Shown here: piece by piece, positions 8,564 through 20,062 of the stretch
Layout: every line of letters starts with the position of its first letter
How positions within the stretch are numbered: the stretch's first letter is position 1
NCBI GenBank assembly: GCA_032718475.1
Contig: JAUCBJ010006045.1
Coordinates: 1-33,523 of the forward strand
From: Nemertoderma westbladi
Lineage: Eukaryota; Animalia; Xenacoelomorpha
DNA: 33,523 nt
Direction: 5' to 3'
Program-made: the position numbers and the translations under genes
The notes under the pieces: generated by a model
What the model was told of the DNA's origin: nothing
Database searches by the model: none
The model's input: the letters and a program-made list of their open reading frames with translations, nothing else

Positions 8564-10066
8564 TTTTACGTCAGCATTATTTTACAGTATGTACAGTTGT
8601 ATATACAGTATCCTTTATTGGGACAACCTCTTTGCCTTTTAGCTAAAACCGGCCCGATATTTTGATATCAGTGTGTATTTACTATCAAATGGGGAATAAA
8701 GTACATTTTCGAACATATTGTATGTGGACTGATCTGTTACAGTAGTTTAGAACTACATTATAGATGTAGAGGTACCACTACAGCTACCCATAACATTACA
8801 GTGGTCATGATCCATTTTTAAATGCATTATCCAGATATGTATCAATTATTATTATCTCATTTACAGCTGTTTAGGCTACATACAGTATCAGAGTACTGGT
8901 ATCACTATCTATTGTACAGGAGCTGAGTAGTGTAATGCTATAATATAATTATTTCTAAGGCATAGATAGACTTTATACCTACAGACAATACAGCAATACT
9001 AGGGGCATTAATATCTCGTCTCAATGTTACATTATCTATTAAAGGAATGGAGCAGTTACAATGACACATTATTGTAACTAAAACAATAAACTGAAAGTCA
9101 ATAAAAGACTACAATATAAATTCCATTTTTCGGAGTATTCAGCTGTTATTTGCGTCGATTTTCCCCAGGAGAGATATGTATTTTGATTGCGTTATATTTA
9201 CTTTCACCCCCATTTCATTTATTCGTTTGTAAAAAAAAAAGCGAATCAGTCAAGTAATTTATTTACCATTTAATTGCATTGTTTTACTATGACAGCTTTC
9301 CTTGCATACGAAAGGGCACCTGTGCAAAATTAATTACCAAACTGTACATTAATAAATACACAGAAAGGGGATTATTTTTATCACAATAAATAAATGAATA
9401 AAATGATACATCACCACCGATACATTTATAATCAAATCAAAATCACATAGAAACTGAACTGGTATCTATCCGAGTGGCTTACTGTACTTTACATAAATAC
9501 TCTACTGTTATGAATTCGATTACGTTACATACACCAAGCACCGTCAATGCCAGAGTTATACAACCCATTCTGTTTTTTTGGTTTCTGCACTAGATTTGGT
9601 ATTAAATTAACTAACTTTTACATCGTAACATTTAATAAAACGCTTACATATTTGATAATACCCGACAATAATACTAAAAATAATGAAATAAATACTTAAA
9701 ATTTAGCAGTATTTATGCGAAAATTACAGAATTTGTAAAAATTTATTGGTAGGTTTTAAAAGAGAGAAATACTGTAATAATAAGCTGAAGTTTATTGACT
9801 GACATCATGGTTACATTGTCTGCCTGTTACTGTATCACATATGTTACTAAAAACAATGAGAAGAGCCTAAAAATCCCCAATATTTTGCTATTCACGTGAA
9901 ACCAACAATATAAAACGCGGTGAAATATCATAGCATATTATGTAGAAAACAAACAAACAATTAATTGCGAAATAGATTCACTGCATGAAGCCTATGTTGG
10001 TAAATAACACAATATTAATAATATACTATGCAGAAGATAGAAAATGTTCTTTTGAACATTTTAATT

Positions 10067-11139
10067 CTACAATTCCGAGTGCATTTTCCCTGATGTCTTC
10101 ATACCATCCTCCATCGTTACCGGTATATCTCCCCCCTGTTTCTTCATCATATCCATTTGTTCTTTCTCTCTCATCATATCACGTTCGGCTAGCTTCGCTC
10201 GGTATCCTGTCTTCTCCATGAAGTCGAATGGCGGTACTAGAGGCTTCCAGTCGTTGTGCAACAACTCCCCTGTTGCCATAACATCTCCGGACACGATACC
10301 TCTCACCCAGGTCACGACATCAGCGCTCGAGGCGGATGGAAGGTTCTTCATGGTGTATGTCTTCGAAGAAGCTCTATCAATTACCAGCAATGTGGGTAGC
10401 GTTGCGTCTTTTACCAGCGTGTTTAGAATACTCTTAGCTGTATGTGGATCCACATCCCTGTCATTCACTAGCATCCATCCGAACTTCACAGAATCTCCAA
10501 CTTCACCGGCTGCGTTTCTGACTACAACGTTGGGAGTAGCGGTGTTATCCTGGAATACTATAGCGATCGGTTTACCTGTCTGCAAATAAGGGGGAAGGGT
10601 AGTGGGGGTGACTTCCTGGAACAACGGGATACTGGATTCCACGATCCAGGACGCCAACTCCACTGGACAATGCCAATCACCAGCGTAGGTTTTCCTAATT
10701 TTATCCTTGGATCTTCGAACTACAAGAGATGGCGTAGTGACACCTTTGCTCGCGGCCAAGTCTTTACCGACGATTACGCTGATTTTAGAGCCCCAAAATT
10801 GTTTAGCAACAGTTTTGAAAGTTTCTACTTTATCAGCGTCTTTTTTCTCGTCTAGATACGCGATGATGGCGCTGTCTGCTGATCTGTAATCAACGAAACT
10901 ACCGGCTGTGATCTCGTCCAACACTTTGCTCGTTGGGTTTTCTATAGGAGCGTCGTGTTTATACAATCTCCAAGCGCTGGCGAGGGCGTCCGAACATAGC
11001 GGGCCGTTGTAATCAGTGGCGTATTTACCGGAGCGGTAAACTTTTACCGTTGGGTAGACGCTAACGTTCTGGTGCGCACAAACGTCGGTCCAGTGATTGC
11101 ACGCAACCATACACAACGAATCCTTAGGCAGATTCTTAC
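10067..11139 (-). CDS. TXNDC16: TXNDC16/ERp90-like PDI-family protein, coding exon 2 (terminal)
   Basis: Acceptor TTTTTATTACAG| at 11140. VACNHWTDVCAHQNVSVYPTVKVYRSG...YNGPL and WKPLVPPFDFM resemble vertebrate TXNDC16 (CADWSDVCTKQNV..FP.IK.Y; WKPPLPAYDFL, recalled from memory). Has b/b'-type thioredoxin segments and ends in the ER-retention-like HSEL. Confidence 0.8.
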
Positions 11140-12061
11140 CTGTAATAAAAACGAACTGCATTACTTATATGTTAATTTTGGTAATGAAAACAAAGTAAAA
11201 TAAAGCATTGATTATTGTTGATCAACAACAATTTATCAACTAATACCAGGTAGGATGTAGGAGCAACATTCTCATTCGCTAATATTTTAGCAAAGGATGT
11301 CAAATTTAACTTTGATCGATATAGGTCCATATCGGCGTTGTTACGATATGAACTTCAATGATGAATCTACAAAGCTATGATGAATGACAAACAACAAAAT
11401 ACAACCCTGTCACATTCATCTCCAGCCCAGTATTAATTAGGTGCAAGTGCATCCAGACCATCGAGCTAATCTTTACCAACCCCCAAAGCTCCTCTCTCTT
11501 AGCTGTTACCTGTTGTACGGCAGCAGAGGGCGCCAATCTCAAACTTTGAACATAATCATACCCAACCCTTTGTAACTCTCCCAACCCAAAGTTCATATAA
11601 TATCGATGGGTTGGTGAAAGCAAGTCTATAGTATTGACTTGCTTAGGTACACACATATGCTGGATAATGTATAGTCTTTACTCAGATTTGAACACGGCCA
11701 AACACTGTTGTGAAAGCAGTCATGTTCGTTGTCCATTCAGCATTCAGGGGTAAAGGGAAGTTGTTCCGACTGGATTAGAGCCAATTATATCTTATATCTT
11801 ATGAAAGATCATGTTGTTGGGGATAAATCTTTGGATGACATACACCAGGATATGCTGCGTTGTGTTACCAATAAGGTGACGTATTGGTGCCTTTGGTGCC
11901 ACCCACATTTAACAACGAGTACGGGTGGAGTAGAGGGAGTAGACGCTATATACTCGCTTGCAACTGATATTGAGCAAGTAGTGCATGGTTGTATATATTA
12001 TGTGTTGTGTATAATTATTAACAGCATCAGTACTGTATTTATGATTATAAACCTAACTAAC

Positions 12062-12344
12062 CCGCTTCCAAGGTGTGTAAGGCCATCGTATACGAAATTT
12101 GATCGAATGTCACAAAGTAGGTAACTATAACAACAGGAGATTTTTCAATACAGTCTTTAAATGTTTTATCTGTCACCCAGGCCACGTTGGGGTCGGATTT
12201 AAAGTCGGGGTCTTTACCGGACCGTTTGAGTGCACTGACGGCGAGGTATATCTCATCATCTTGAATCATCTGAGGAGGTTCCCTTTGCGAATTTACTTGC
12301 ATTGTGAACAGACAAACCATAAGGCATAGAAATATCGAATACAT
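12062..12344 (-). CDS. TXNDC16: TXNDC16/ERp90-like protein, coding exon 1 (signal peptide and start of the thioredoxin fold)
   Basis: Signal peptide MYSIFLCLMVCLFTMQVNS, then QDDE...VAWVTDKTFKDCIEKSPVVIVTYF. The donor G|GTTAGT at 12061 is phase 1 and joins exon 2 in frame (G+GT = Gly), giving 451 aa across a 922-nt intron. Confidence 0.8.
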
Positions 12345-12604
12345 CTTCTGTGTTAGTTAATTAATATTGTGTTTGAACCACATATAAAAGACTAAAATAA
12401 CATACAATCTAAATAAAATAAATACCTTGCAGTGGTTTGTAATATACAGTATGTTACACTACTGTCCTACAGTTGACAGGGAAATACTATAAGCAGTGTA
12501 ACTTACTGAAGGGCTAACTGAGGCCTACTGTAAAAAAAAACCCATTGAGTGGGTATGGTCATTTGACATAGCCAGAGCGTAACGGTTTCATATATAAATT
12601 AAGG

Positions 12605-12951
12605 GGAACGCAGCAAACTTCACCCACGAGAAAGTTTCGCCCGCGTCCAAACTTCGCCCGGAGCAATCTTCGCCCTCAACATGAGCAACTATCGCCCGGC
12701 GGAAACCTTCGTCCGCAGGCAATCTTCGCCCGCGAGCAACCTTCGCCCAATAAACAATTATTGATTTAGTTAGAAAAAGAGTCTCTGTAATCTGCTCCTT
12801 TCCCTCGATTTGTTACTAAAATGGTTAATAACAAAGACCTTATTGGGCGAAGGTTGCTCGCGGGCGAAGATTGCCTAGCGGGTGAAGATTTCCCCTGGGC
12901 GAAGGTTGTACGTGGGCGAAGGTCGTACATGGGCGAAGATTGCACCCAACC
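12605..12951. mobile_element. Foldback/Mutator-like MITE with tandemly sub-repeated arms and an 8-bp TSD
   Basis: GG...CC ends flanked by the direct repeat AATTAAGG (12597-12604 and 12952-12959). Arms are built of units of about 17 bp containing CTTCGCCC / GGGCGAAG. A perfect 36-bp inverted repeat lies at 12717-12752 and 12841-12876. Confidence 0.8.
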
Positions 12952-15500
12952 AATTAAGGACTTTAACGGATGAATAGTGCCAGTTTCATCCAATCACGTA
13001 CATAATTTTGTAACATTCATCAACTTATCAGGGTTCTGATCGCCTAGTTTAATTATTCACTACGATATTGTAATGTTTAGGAATCTTGATGAAATTCATA
13101 TTAATTTAATTTAAGCAATTAATTGCAGTTACTTCAAACAAATGTACGGTCTAAAATATTATTAACTATGCCTAGCAACATACACTTATTGTGCTACGCT
13201 GCCGCTTCGGAAACAATGCAGAATATCCCAAATGTGTTCTGGAAAATGCTACCGTTTCTAAGATACTGATTCAGCGCTCCTACAGTAACTTGAGACTATT
13301 TAACCAGACGGAAATGTGTTTAGTTTATAAATGATACGGAGTACGTGTTCCGTATTACATATAATAATTATATTATATTAATAATTATTATATTATAAGC
13401 ACTATGAATATATTTATAATTATTATCTAGGTTAATGTAACATGTACACAATACAATCCAGTATTGAGGAGCTTTGTCTTTAGTGTGATTAAACTGAAAA
13501 GACATGTATGTAAAAACTACCACTGTATATAAAAAAATATAATATATTATATATTTAAAATGTATTAATTATAAATATATTAATATATTAATATATAAAA
13601 TGTAATATATTATATATTTACTAGTATGTACTGTAATTAAAACATTATCACAAAAGTAGTAAGCATTTGATACAGACTATACCAATTACCAATATAATAT
13701 TGTAGTGGGGGAAATTTTATATATGAAGAATTTGTTTTTTTTTTAATTATCTTTACGAAGTGTTTTATAGCGCTTAGTTCTATCTATATAACCTGTAGAG
13801 GTACTAGTTTTGATTAGATTTATCGGTTCTGTAACCTGGATTTTTAGTGAAAAACGTATTCTCATGTTGGTAAACTGCAAAGTTAAATATAACGACAGAA
13901 AGTCTGGCATACTTCACAAGGGTCGTTTAGTGGGTTTAAAAACTTAATTAAATTTAAATTTAATACAATAAAAACTTCATTTAAATTAATTTGAAACATT
14001 AGGGCGATTGCGTGTCGGTGTTTTTTAACCAATTAGCGCTGCCAATCACTTTTTCAATTGGGGTAAATTCGCTCCACTATCTGTGTAAATGTATTATTGG
14101 TTAGGTTAAATGCCTTTGCACAAGATACTCTACTCTAAGAAATAGGTGATGATGACGAGCTACAGTTCCTTATATTCCATTACTCAATATTATACGTTAT
14201 TAACCTCTTAGAGCAAAGGTCAAGGTCAAAACGTAATATAAGGCTAAAGTATGTATAATATTCACTCAGCATTACAAAGTAAATATTGAGTTAACTTAAA
14301 GTACGTTTTTACATACGTTTTAGTAAAGTACATACATTAGCACGTTGCAGTGTAGTATATGTTCAGATATATCCACTAGTAGGCCTACTATGCAACAAGA
14401 TAATTAATAGCGGCGGTATCGGTAGGTATTAGGCGTATTTGGTTGTCGGCTAATCCAGAATTTATAATAATATCAACTATGGTAGTGGCGGAAACTTCGA
14501 CGATCTAGTTACATTCCTAGAGTTGTAAATCTTCGTTTCAATACATTAATTGTTTCGCTACAGTAACAATAAATAACAACTGTAATAAGATAAGATATAT
14601 TGTCCTCTAAATCTAAAAGTATACTCTATTACTACCGACGGCGCTACAATAATGTTGAAATTTTTAAATGAAGTACTTTTGATATTGTACCTTCTTTACT
14701 GTATGCCTACATTATAAATTGTACAAAAAAATAAATTATATTACTTACTGTAAACTATAACGTGTCAGTTCAGTCACAAGGGGAAAATACACACTCCTTT
14801 ATAAAGTATTGAGTAAGCATGCAGCTAGCGTGAGGATTAAAACCATGTGCTACTGTAATTATGGATGCCAATGCTAAATAGACTGGGTAGCTTTTGCATT
14901 GGTTACTGGCGCTCAATTTAGTAACTTCCACACACAATGACGCATAACACATACACGAAACTATACCAATATACAGCAATTAATTCTCCCCCTATACGTA
15001 CAGTATACACAGTACAAAAGCGTAATATAATATTATACAATACACCATATGTTGGCTTAGCTTAGCGTTGCCACCTGTAAAACTGTTTGCCTTAACTACT
15101 ATATAATCCATTATTATAATAACAATAACCAGTAACCATGGCTGTGGCTATAGCCATGCATGCATGGTCAACATCCTATATACGAAACTGCAGCTGACAG
15201 TTTTCCTATATGTGATACCAACGATAATCACATGTAATGGGACAAAGTAATATTAAATGCAAAGTAATGTTTGAAAAATCACATCCCAACCCAATATTAT
15301 TAAACTAGTAAATTATTAAACCGTCCCCGAGTCTGTTTTTTTTTTACATAAACATATTAATTAATTACCATGTTTTTTGGTAATCACTAAAGCACTATGG
15401 CAAATGAATATATTTCCGCTTTTAAATTAAACTAGAAAGATTTTCTAGGAGATAACTTCTTCACCATTTCAAATAAAACGTCTCATGAGTGAGATTACTA

Positions 15501-16313
15501 CGGTGGCCCATAACTGTCACAGGATATAAAAAGGAATGGCAGAAATTAAAGAAGCTACGGCAGAAATTAAAAGCCACGGCAGAAATTAAAGAAGATACGG
15601 CAGAAATTAAAAAGCCACGGCAGAAATTAAAAAGCCACGGCAGAAATTAAAGAAGATACGGCAGAAATTAAAAGCCACGGCAGAAATTAAAGAAGATACG
15701 GCAGAAATTAAAAAGCCACGGCAGAAATTATAGAAGATACGGCAGAAATTAAAAAGCCACGGCAGGAATTAAAAAGCCACGGCAGAAATTAAAGAAGATA
15801 CGGCAGAAATTAAAAAGCCACGGCAGAAATTAAAAAGCCATGATTATTACAATACATTATCGCAAATATTTTTTCTACTTTTTTTAGCTATTTTTTTTTA
15901 TTATTTTTTTTTACCTATTTTTTTACTGGCCGATAGCCATAGCTTGCAGACGGCACTCATACTCATATAATCTAGCAATAGCAGTTGCTTTTTAATTTCT
16001 GTCATAGCCTTTTTAATTTCTGCCGTGGCTTTTTAATTTCTGCCGTAGCTTCTTTAATTTCTGCCGTAGCTTCTTTAATTTCTGCCGTGGCTTTTAATTT
16101 CTGCCGTGGCTTTTTAATTTCTGCCGTAGCTTCTTTAATTTCTGACGTGGCTTATTAATTTCTGCCGTGGCATTTAATTTCTGCCGTATCTTCCTTAATT
16201 TCTGCCGTGTTTTTTTAATTTCTGCCGTGGCTTTTTAATTTCTGCCGTGGCTTTTTAATTTCTGCCATATCTTCCTTAATTTCTGCCGCGGCCCTCTTTT
16301 GCCCCCGGACAGT
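15501..16313. mobile_element. Foldback-type MITE: two inverted arrays of 19-21-bp repeats around a spacer of about 145 bp
   Basis: About 15 units of AAAAAGCCACGGCAGAAATT / AAAGAAGATACGGCAGAAATT at 15539-15840, mirrored by about 15 reverse-complement units at 15987-16288. The left end is TA|CGGTGGCC. The right end matches only as far as GACAGT (truncated). Confidence 0.85.
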
Positions 16314-17044
16314 GCAAGATCCTCAGCGCCGATGTACCGTCGTCGCTGTGCTTTCGCCAACGATGTAGCTACACAACAACAACGATAACCGGCACAAGTC
16401 ACTCCACTGTCCGTCCCAAAGGCTTAGATGTACTTCAGGTTCTTTCTGGAGAGTTAGGGCTACTTTCACAATTGCGACTCGCTACGGTAAACACACTTTA
16501 GCAGTAACATTCACCTATAAATGCACAAATTCAACACAACTGTCACAAACTGTACACATTCGGTCCATTTGTCCGTTAGTCAGTGCCTTCCAGAATGTCA
16601 CTTTATTTATTATGTATCCTTGGATACTAGCAGTGCGCTATTTATTCCCTATGCTATTCAATGTGGCAAGCTTTCTATTGTTCTTTTAACTCACTTCTAA
16701 TTCTAGCGTGGTTGTTGCCATGGTGACATTATGGAAAGCTAGCGGTAGAATTAGGGTAATTCTCATGCATACAGATCTGGGATGCTATTTAATAGTAATT
16801 CTTTAATGGTCAATATCCTCTCTATACATGATTTTATGAATTTTATCGGCTATTGACTATATATTGGAGATTCTCGCACACTAATACACTTAATAGGGTG
16901 AATCTCCGCTCCCATGATCTATTAATTAATGGAATTTTGGGAATGTTATAAATTGTACAAAATGACAATTTATCAAATTCATTAAAATATGAATTTTAAA
17001 TTTATTCCCGTAAATTTTATTATTTAATATTAAATAGACACAAT

Positions 17045-17309
17045 TTTATTCCAGAACATGTCTGGGGACTGGGATCCTTGATTCTAGGAATTTTGTCTTT
17101 TTAAGAGTATCGGTAAGTGCTACGATATCTTAATCGACTAGAATTTTAAAGGATCTAAAATTTGACATATTTGGTAAATATTAATAATTAATATTTAGGA
17201 TGGGCACCAATTTATTCCAGAACATGTCTGGGGACGTTAACCACTGATTCTAGAATTTTGTCTTTCAAGTATATCGGTGGGTGCCGCGATATCTTAATTG
17301 ACTAGAATT
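17045..17309. repeat. Diverged direct duplication (about 100-bp block, 166-bp period)
   Basis: TTTATTCCAGAACATGTCTGGGGAC...GATATCTTAAT.GACTAGAATT at 17045 and 17211. Confidence 0.85.
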
Positions 17310-17356
17310 GCAGATGGTCAAAGGGTTTAACAGATTTATTTTGCGTTTCACACTAC

Positions 17357-17841
17357 TGTTAAAGGGACATCACGCTACTATATGTATTATTTAATATACG
17401 GTATGAGAGCAATATCGCACGAAGCAATGTCAGTGAGAAGAGGCAAGTCGTTTCCAAGGTCTACCCAGAGCTTGGTTTAGCCGAGACACGAGGATCTGAA
17501 TTTTGCATTCCTAATACTCTACTTTACCAATAATACTTGAATATAGTAGGAGCTTTATTGTACTTTAATACGTACGGACATTTCATCTTACTGTAGTTAC
17601 GTATTTGTAATGTAATACGGACAGTAAGGAAAGAGAAAAAGAATTATTTCTCGCCGTCGCTGTAAATATATAATATGTAAGTAATTAAGTAATAAACAAT
17701 AATATACATTGCACTAATCTACTAAATAATCGCTAAAATAACATTCTACTAAATAAAATTAAAGAAAACGATTATAATAAAATTACGTAATAATACATAC
17801 ATAAATATAAAATGATAAGAATATAAAATAATATGGTCACA
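17357..17841 (-). repeat. Candidate 3' LTR of the BEL/Pao element (unpaired)
   Basis: On the minus strand a purine-rich GGAGTGGGTG lies just after the integrase stop, followed by TGTGACC. AATAAA is at 17559-17554 and a plausible ...CCTTTAACA end is at 17357. No second copy was found in the window, so the boundaries are tentative. Confidence 0.4.
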
Positions 17842-17859
17842 CACCCACTCCATATGCTA

Positions 17860-20062
17860 CTAAGCTGGGGAGTCCCTAGATGTTTGTTGGATTAGGGAGG
17901 TGGTCGTGGGAAGAGTATCTTGTCTTCCATAGTTTCCGGAGAGTTCTCTGTCTCTTTCCAGTAAACATAAACGACCAACTGGGCGATTGAGCTGCTGTGT
18001 CTCAAAGACAATTCCCGGTTTCTTGAAGTTACGTCGCATGACGACAAGTTCTACCGATCGCACCAAACCGTCATCCGAGATGTGAGTCTCGATGATACGA
18101 CCTGTCTGCCACCGCTTACGTGGAAGATCTGCATCCACAATAAGGACCATGTCTCCAGCGCTGACGTTTTCTTGCTGCGCAAACCACTCAGTTCGAAGTT
18201 GTAGCATGGGCAGATAATGTTTTTCGAAATGGTCAGCGAAACGACGGGATAACAACTGCATGAGTTGCCAAGTTTGCCGGCAGTATTCGTCTCCGTCTGT
18301 GATTTCCGATTGTGGGAGCATGGCTACAGGTTTCTTCAGTAGGAAGTGCGCGGGTGTTAGCGCTTCCAGGGAATCGGGACTCGATGAGACTGGCATAAGC
18401 GGTCTCTCGTTGAGATAGGCGGCGATTTCCTCCATTAACGTCCGCAAAAGTTCGTCGGTGAGATACGCGCGGCACGGCACTATAAAGTGAAATGCGGTCT
18501 TCACACTTCTTATTAATCTCTCCCAACTTCCTCCCCACCAAGGGGCGTCGGCGGCGTTGAAGGTCCAGCTAGACGCTGTTACTCGTAGCTGATCGTCCAC
18601 CTGTCTTTGGTTCCAATCTTTGACGTAAGCTTTGATTTCATTGTTGGCAGCAATGAAGTTTGTTCCCTTATCAGATCTCATCGTGTTACTAGTTCCAAAG
18701 CGAGCGATCTGTCATCGTAAGCTTAATAGGAAGCTGTTGGTAGATAAATCGTTCACCATATCGAGATGGATAGCTCTACAAGTCATACAAACAAAGATGA
18801 CACACCATCTCTTGACTATAGTCCTAGCACGATATACTTCAATAGGGCCAAATAAATCTACACCGGTATTAGTAAAGGGTGGTTCATAGAAGCTTACTCG
18901 TTCCCTAGGTAATTCTGTCTCTCGCTGTGTTAAAGGCCTACTGAATGCTTTCCTACAGGGTATGCAGTTCCTAAGAACTTGGTTCAGAGCTCTACGGGGT
19001 TTATAAAAATAATAGCGAGTTCGAATTTCGCTAAGAACTCGTTCTCTACCAGCATGATAAAGTTTGCTGTGAACATCTACAATCATCTTGACTTGTATCT
19101 CAAGATTTCTAATGAGTATGGGAAACTTAGTGTCAAAGGATAATGGAGCATTCGTTAATCTTCCTCCAACACGTATCAACCCATCTATCATTGTGCTAGA
19201 GAAACGATCCCTTAAGCGCATCTGTGGATTTCTCAACAACAGGAAATACTTATCGGAATCCTCATAGCATTGCAGGAGTCTCAGCATCTGCTTGTTGGTT
19301 TCTTCATGCTCCTGATAACTGATCTTCTCCTTCAGAAACCTGTCGGATATCGTATATTTGGGAAGATCTTTAACAACATGGACCTGCACCGATGTTAGTG
19401 GAGCGGTATCACTTTTGGTCTTCATCCCGGAGTAGTGATGGTGAAAACATCTTTTTAAATATGCAACGGCCTTACAGAGCCGATTCCAGGAACTGTAGTG
19501 ATGTATCGCTCTCTGCAGGAGAGGTGAGAGTCCTTGCGAGACGTCTGGTATTCCAGATTTCCAATCCTTCTCACGGATTTCCACAACAAACTTATTTGTG
19601 GCTGTGGGTTTCTGATCCAAAGCGTCATCTCCGGAAGTATGTAGTACAGACAGATCTACCATAGGTTTAAATAACTTCGATTTACTCGCCCGAGTTTTAG
19701 GTTTGACTTTCTCCGCTCCCTTGGCCTGTCTGATCTCTGCCGTAGTAAGATGAGGAGGCCATTCTTCTTCTTCTTTGTAGAGGAAGTCGGGTCCACCTAA
19801 CCAGTCTGGAGTATCTACCAGTTCTTGTGGAGTAGCTCCCCTGGAGGCGATGTCTGCTGGATTGATCGTTCCGGGGCAATGCCTCCATTGATCCATCTTC
19901 ATGCGACTAAGTATAATGGCTACTCTGTTGGTAACGAAGACGCTGAACTGACAGACTTCATTGGTTATATACTCCAACACGAGTAAAGCATTGGTCCAAT
20001 AGACAGTCTTCTCCAATGGATAATCGATCTGTTCTGTTACATTCCGGCCGATTGCTGTAGCG
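17860..20062 (-). pseudogene. BEL/Pao polyprotein fragment 3: RNase H end, HHCC zinc finger, DDE integrase and DUF5641-like tail, with an internal TGA at 18712-18714
   Basis: WRHCPGTINPADIASRG, H-x4-H...CIPC, GVDLFGP, RSDKGTNF and WWGGSWERLIRSVK. ORFs 18712-20016 and 17860-18681 are in the same frame across one stop codon. Confidence 0.92.

Noticed and set aside
11140-11161. ORF-track start MQFVFIT for the 364-aa ORF
   Set aside because: This is the intron polypyrimidine tract. The real N-terminus comes from exon 12344-12062.
11375-12124. Short ORFs inside the TXNDC16-like intron
   Set aside because: They have no recognisable motifs, and exons 1 and 2 already join in frame through a continuous thioredoxin fold.
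12392-12425. 34-nt GT...AG micro-intron in the TXNDC16-like 5' UTR
   Set aside because: The sites are plausible but common in AT-rich DNA and cannot be supported without transcripts.
13350-13625. Extremely AT-rich low-complexity stretch with small palindromes
   Set aside because: It has no consistent unit or ends and is expected from composition.
17198-17212. Primer-binding site TGGTGCCCATCC on the minus strand
   Set aside because: It is not adjacent to a demonstrable LTR end and the tRNA complementarity is short.
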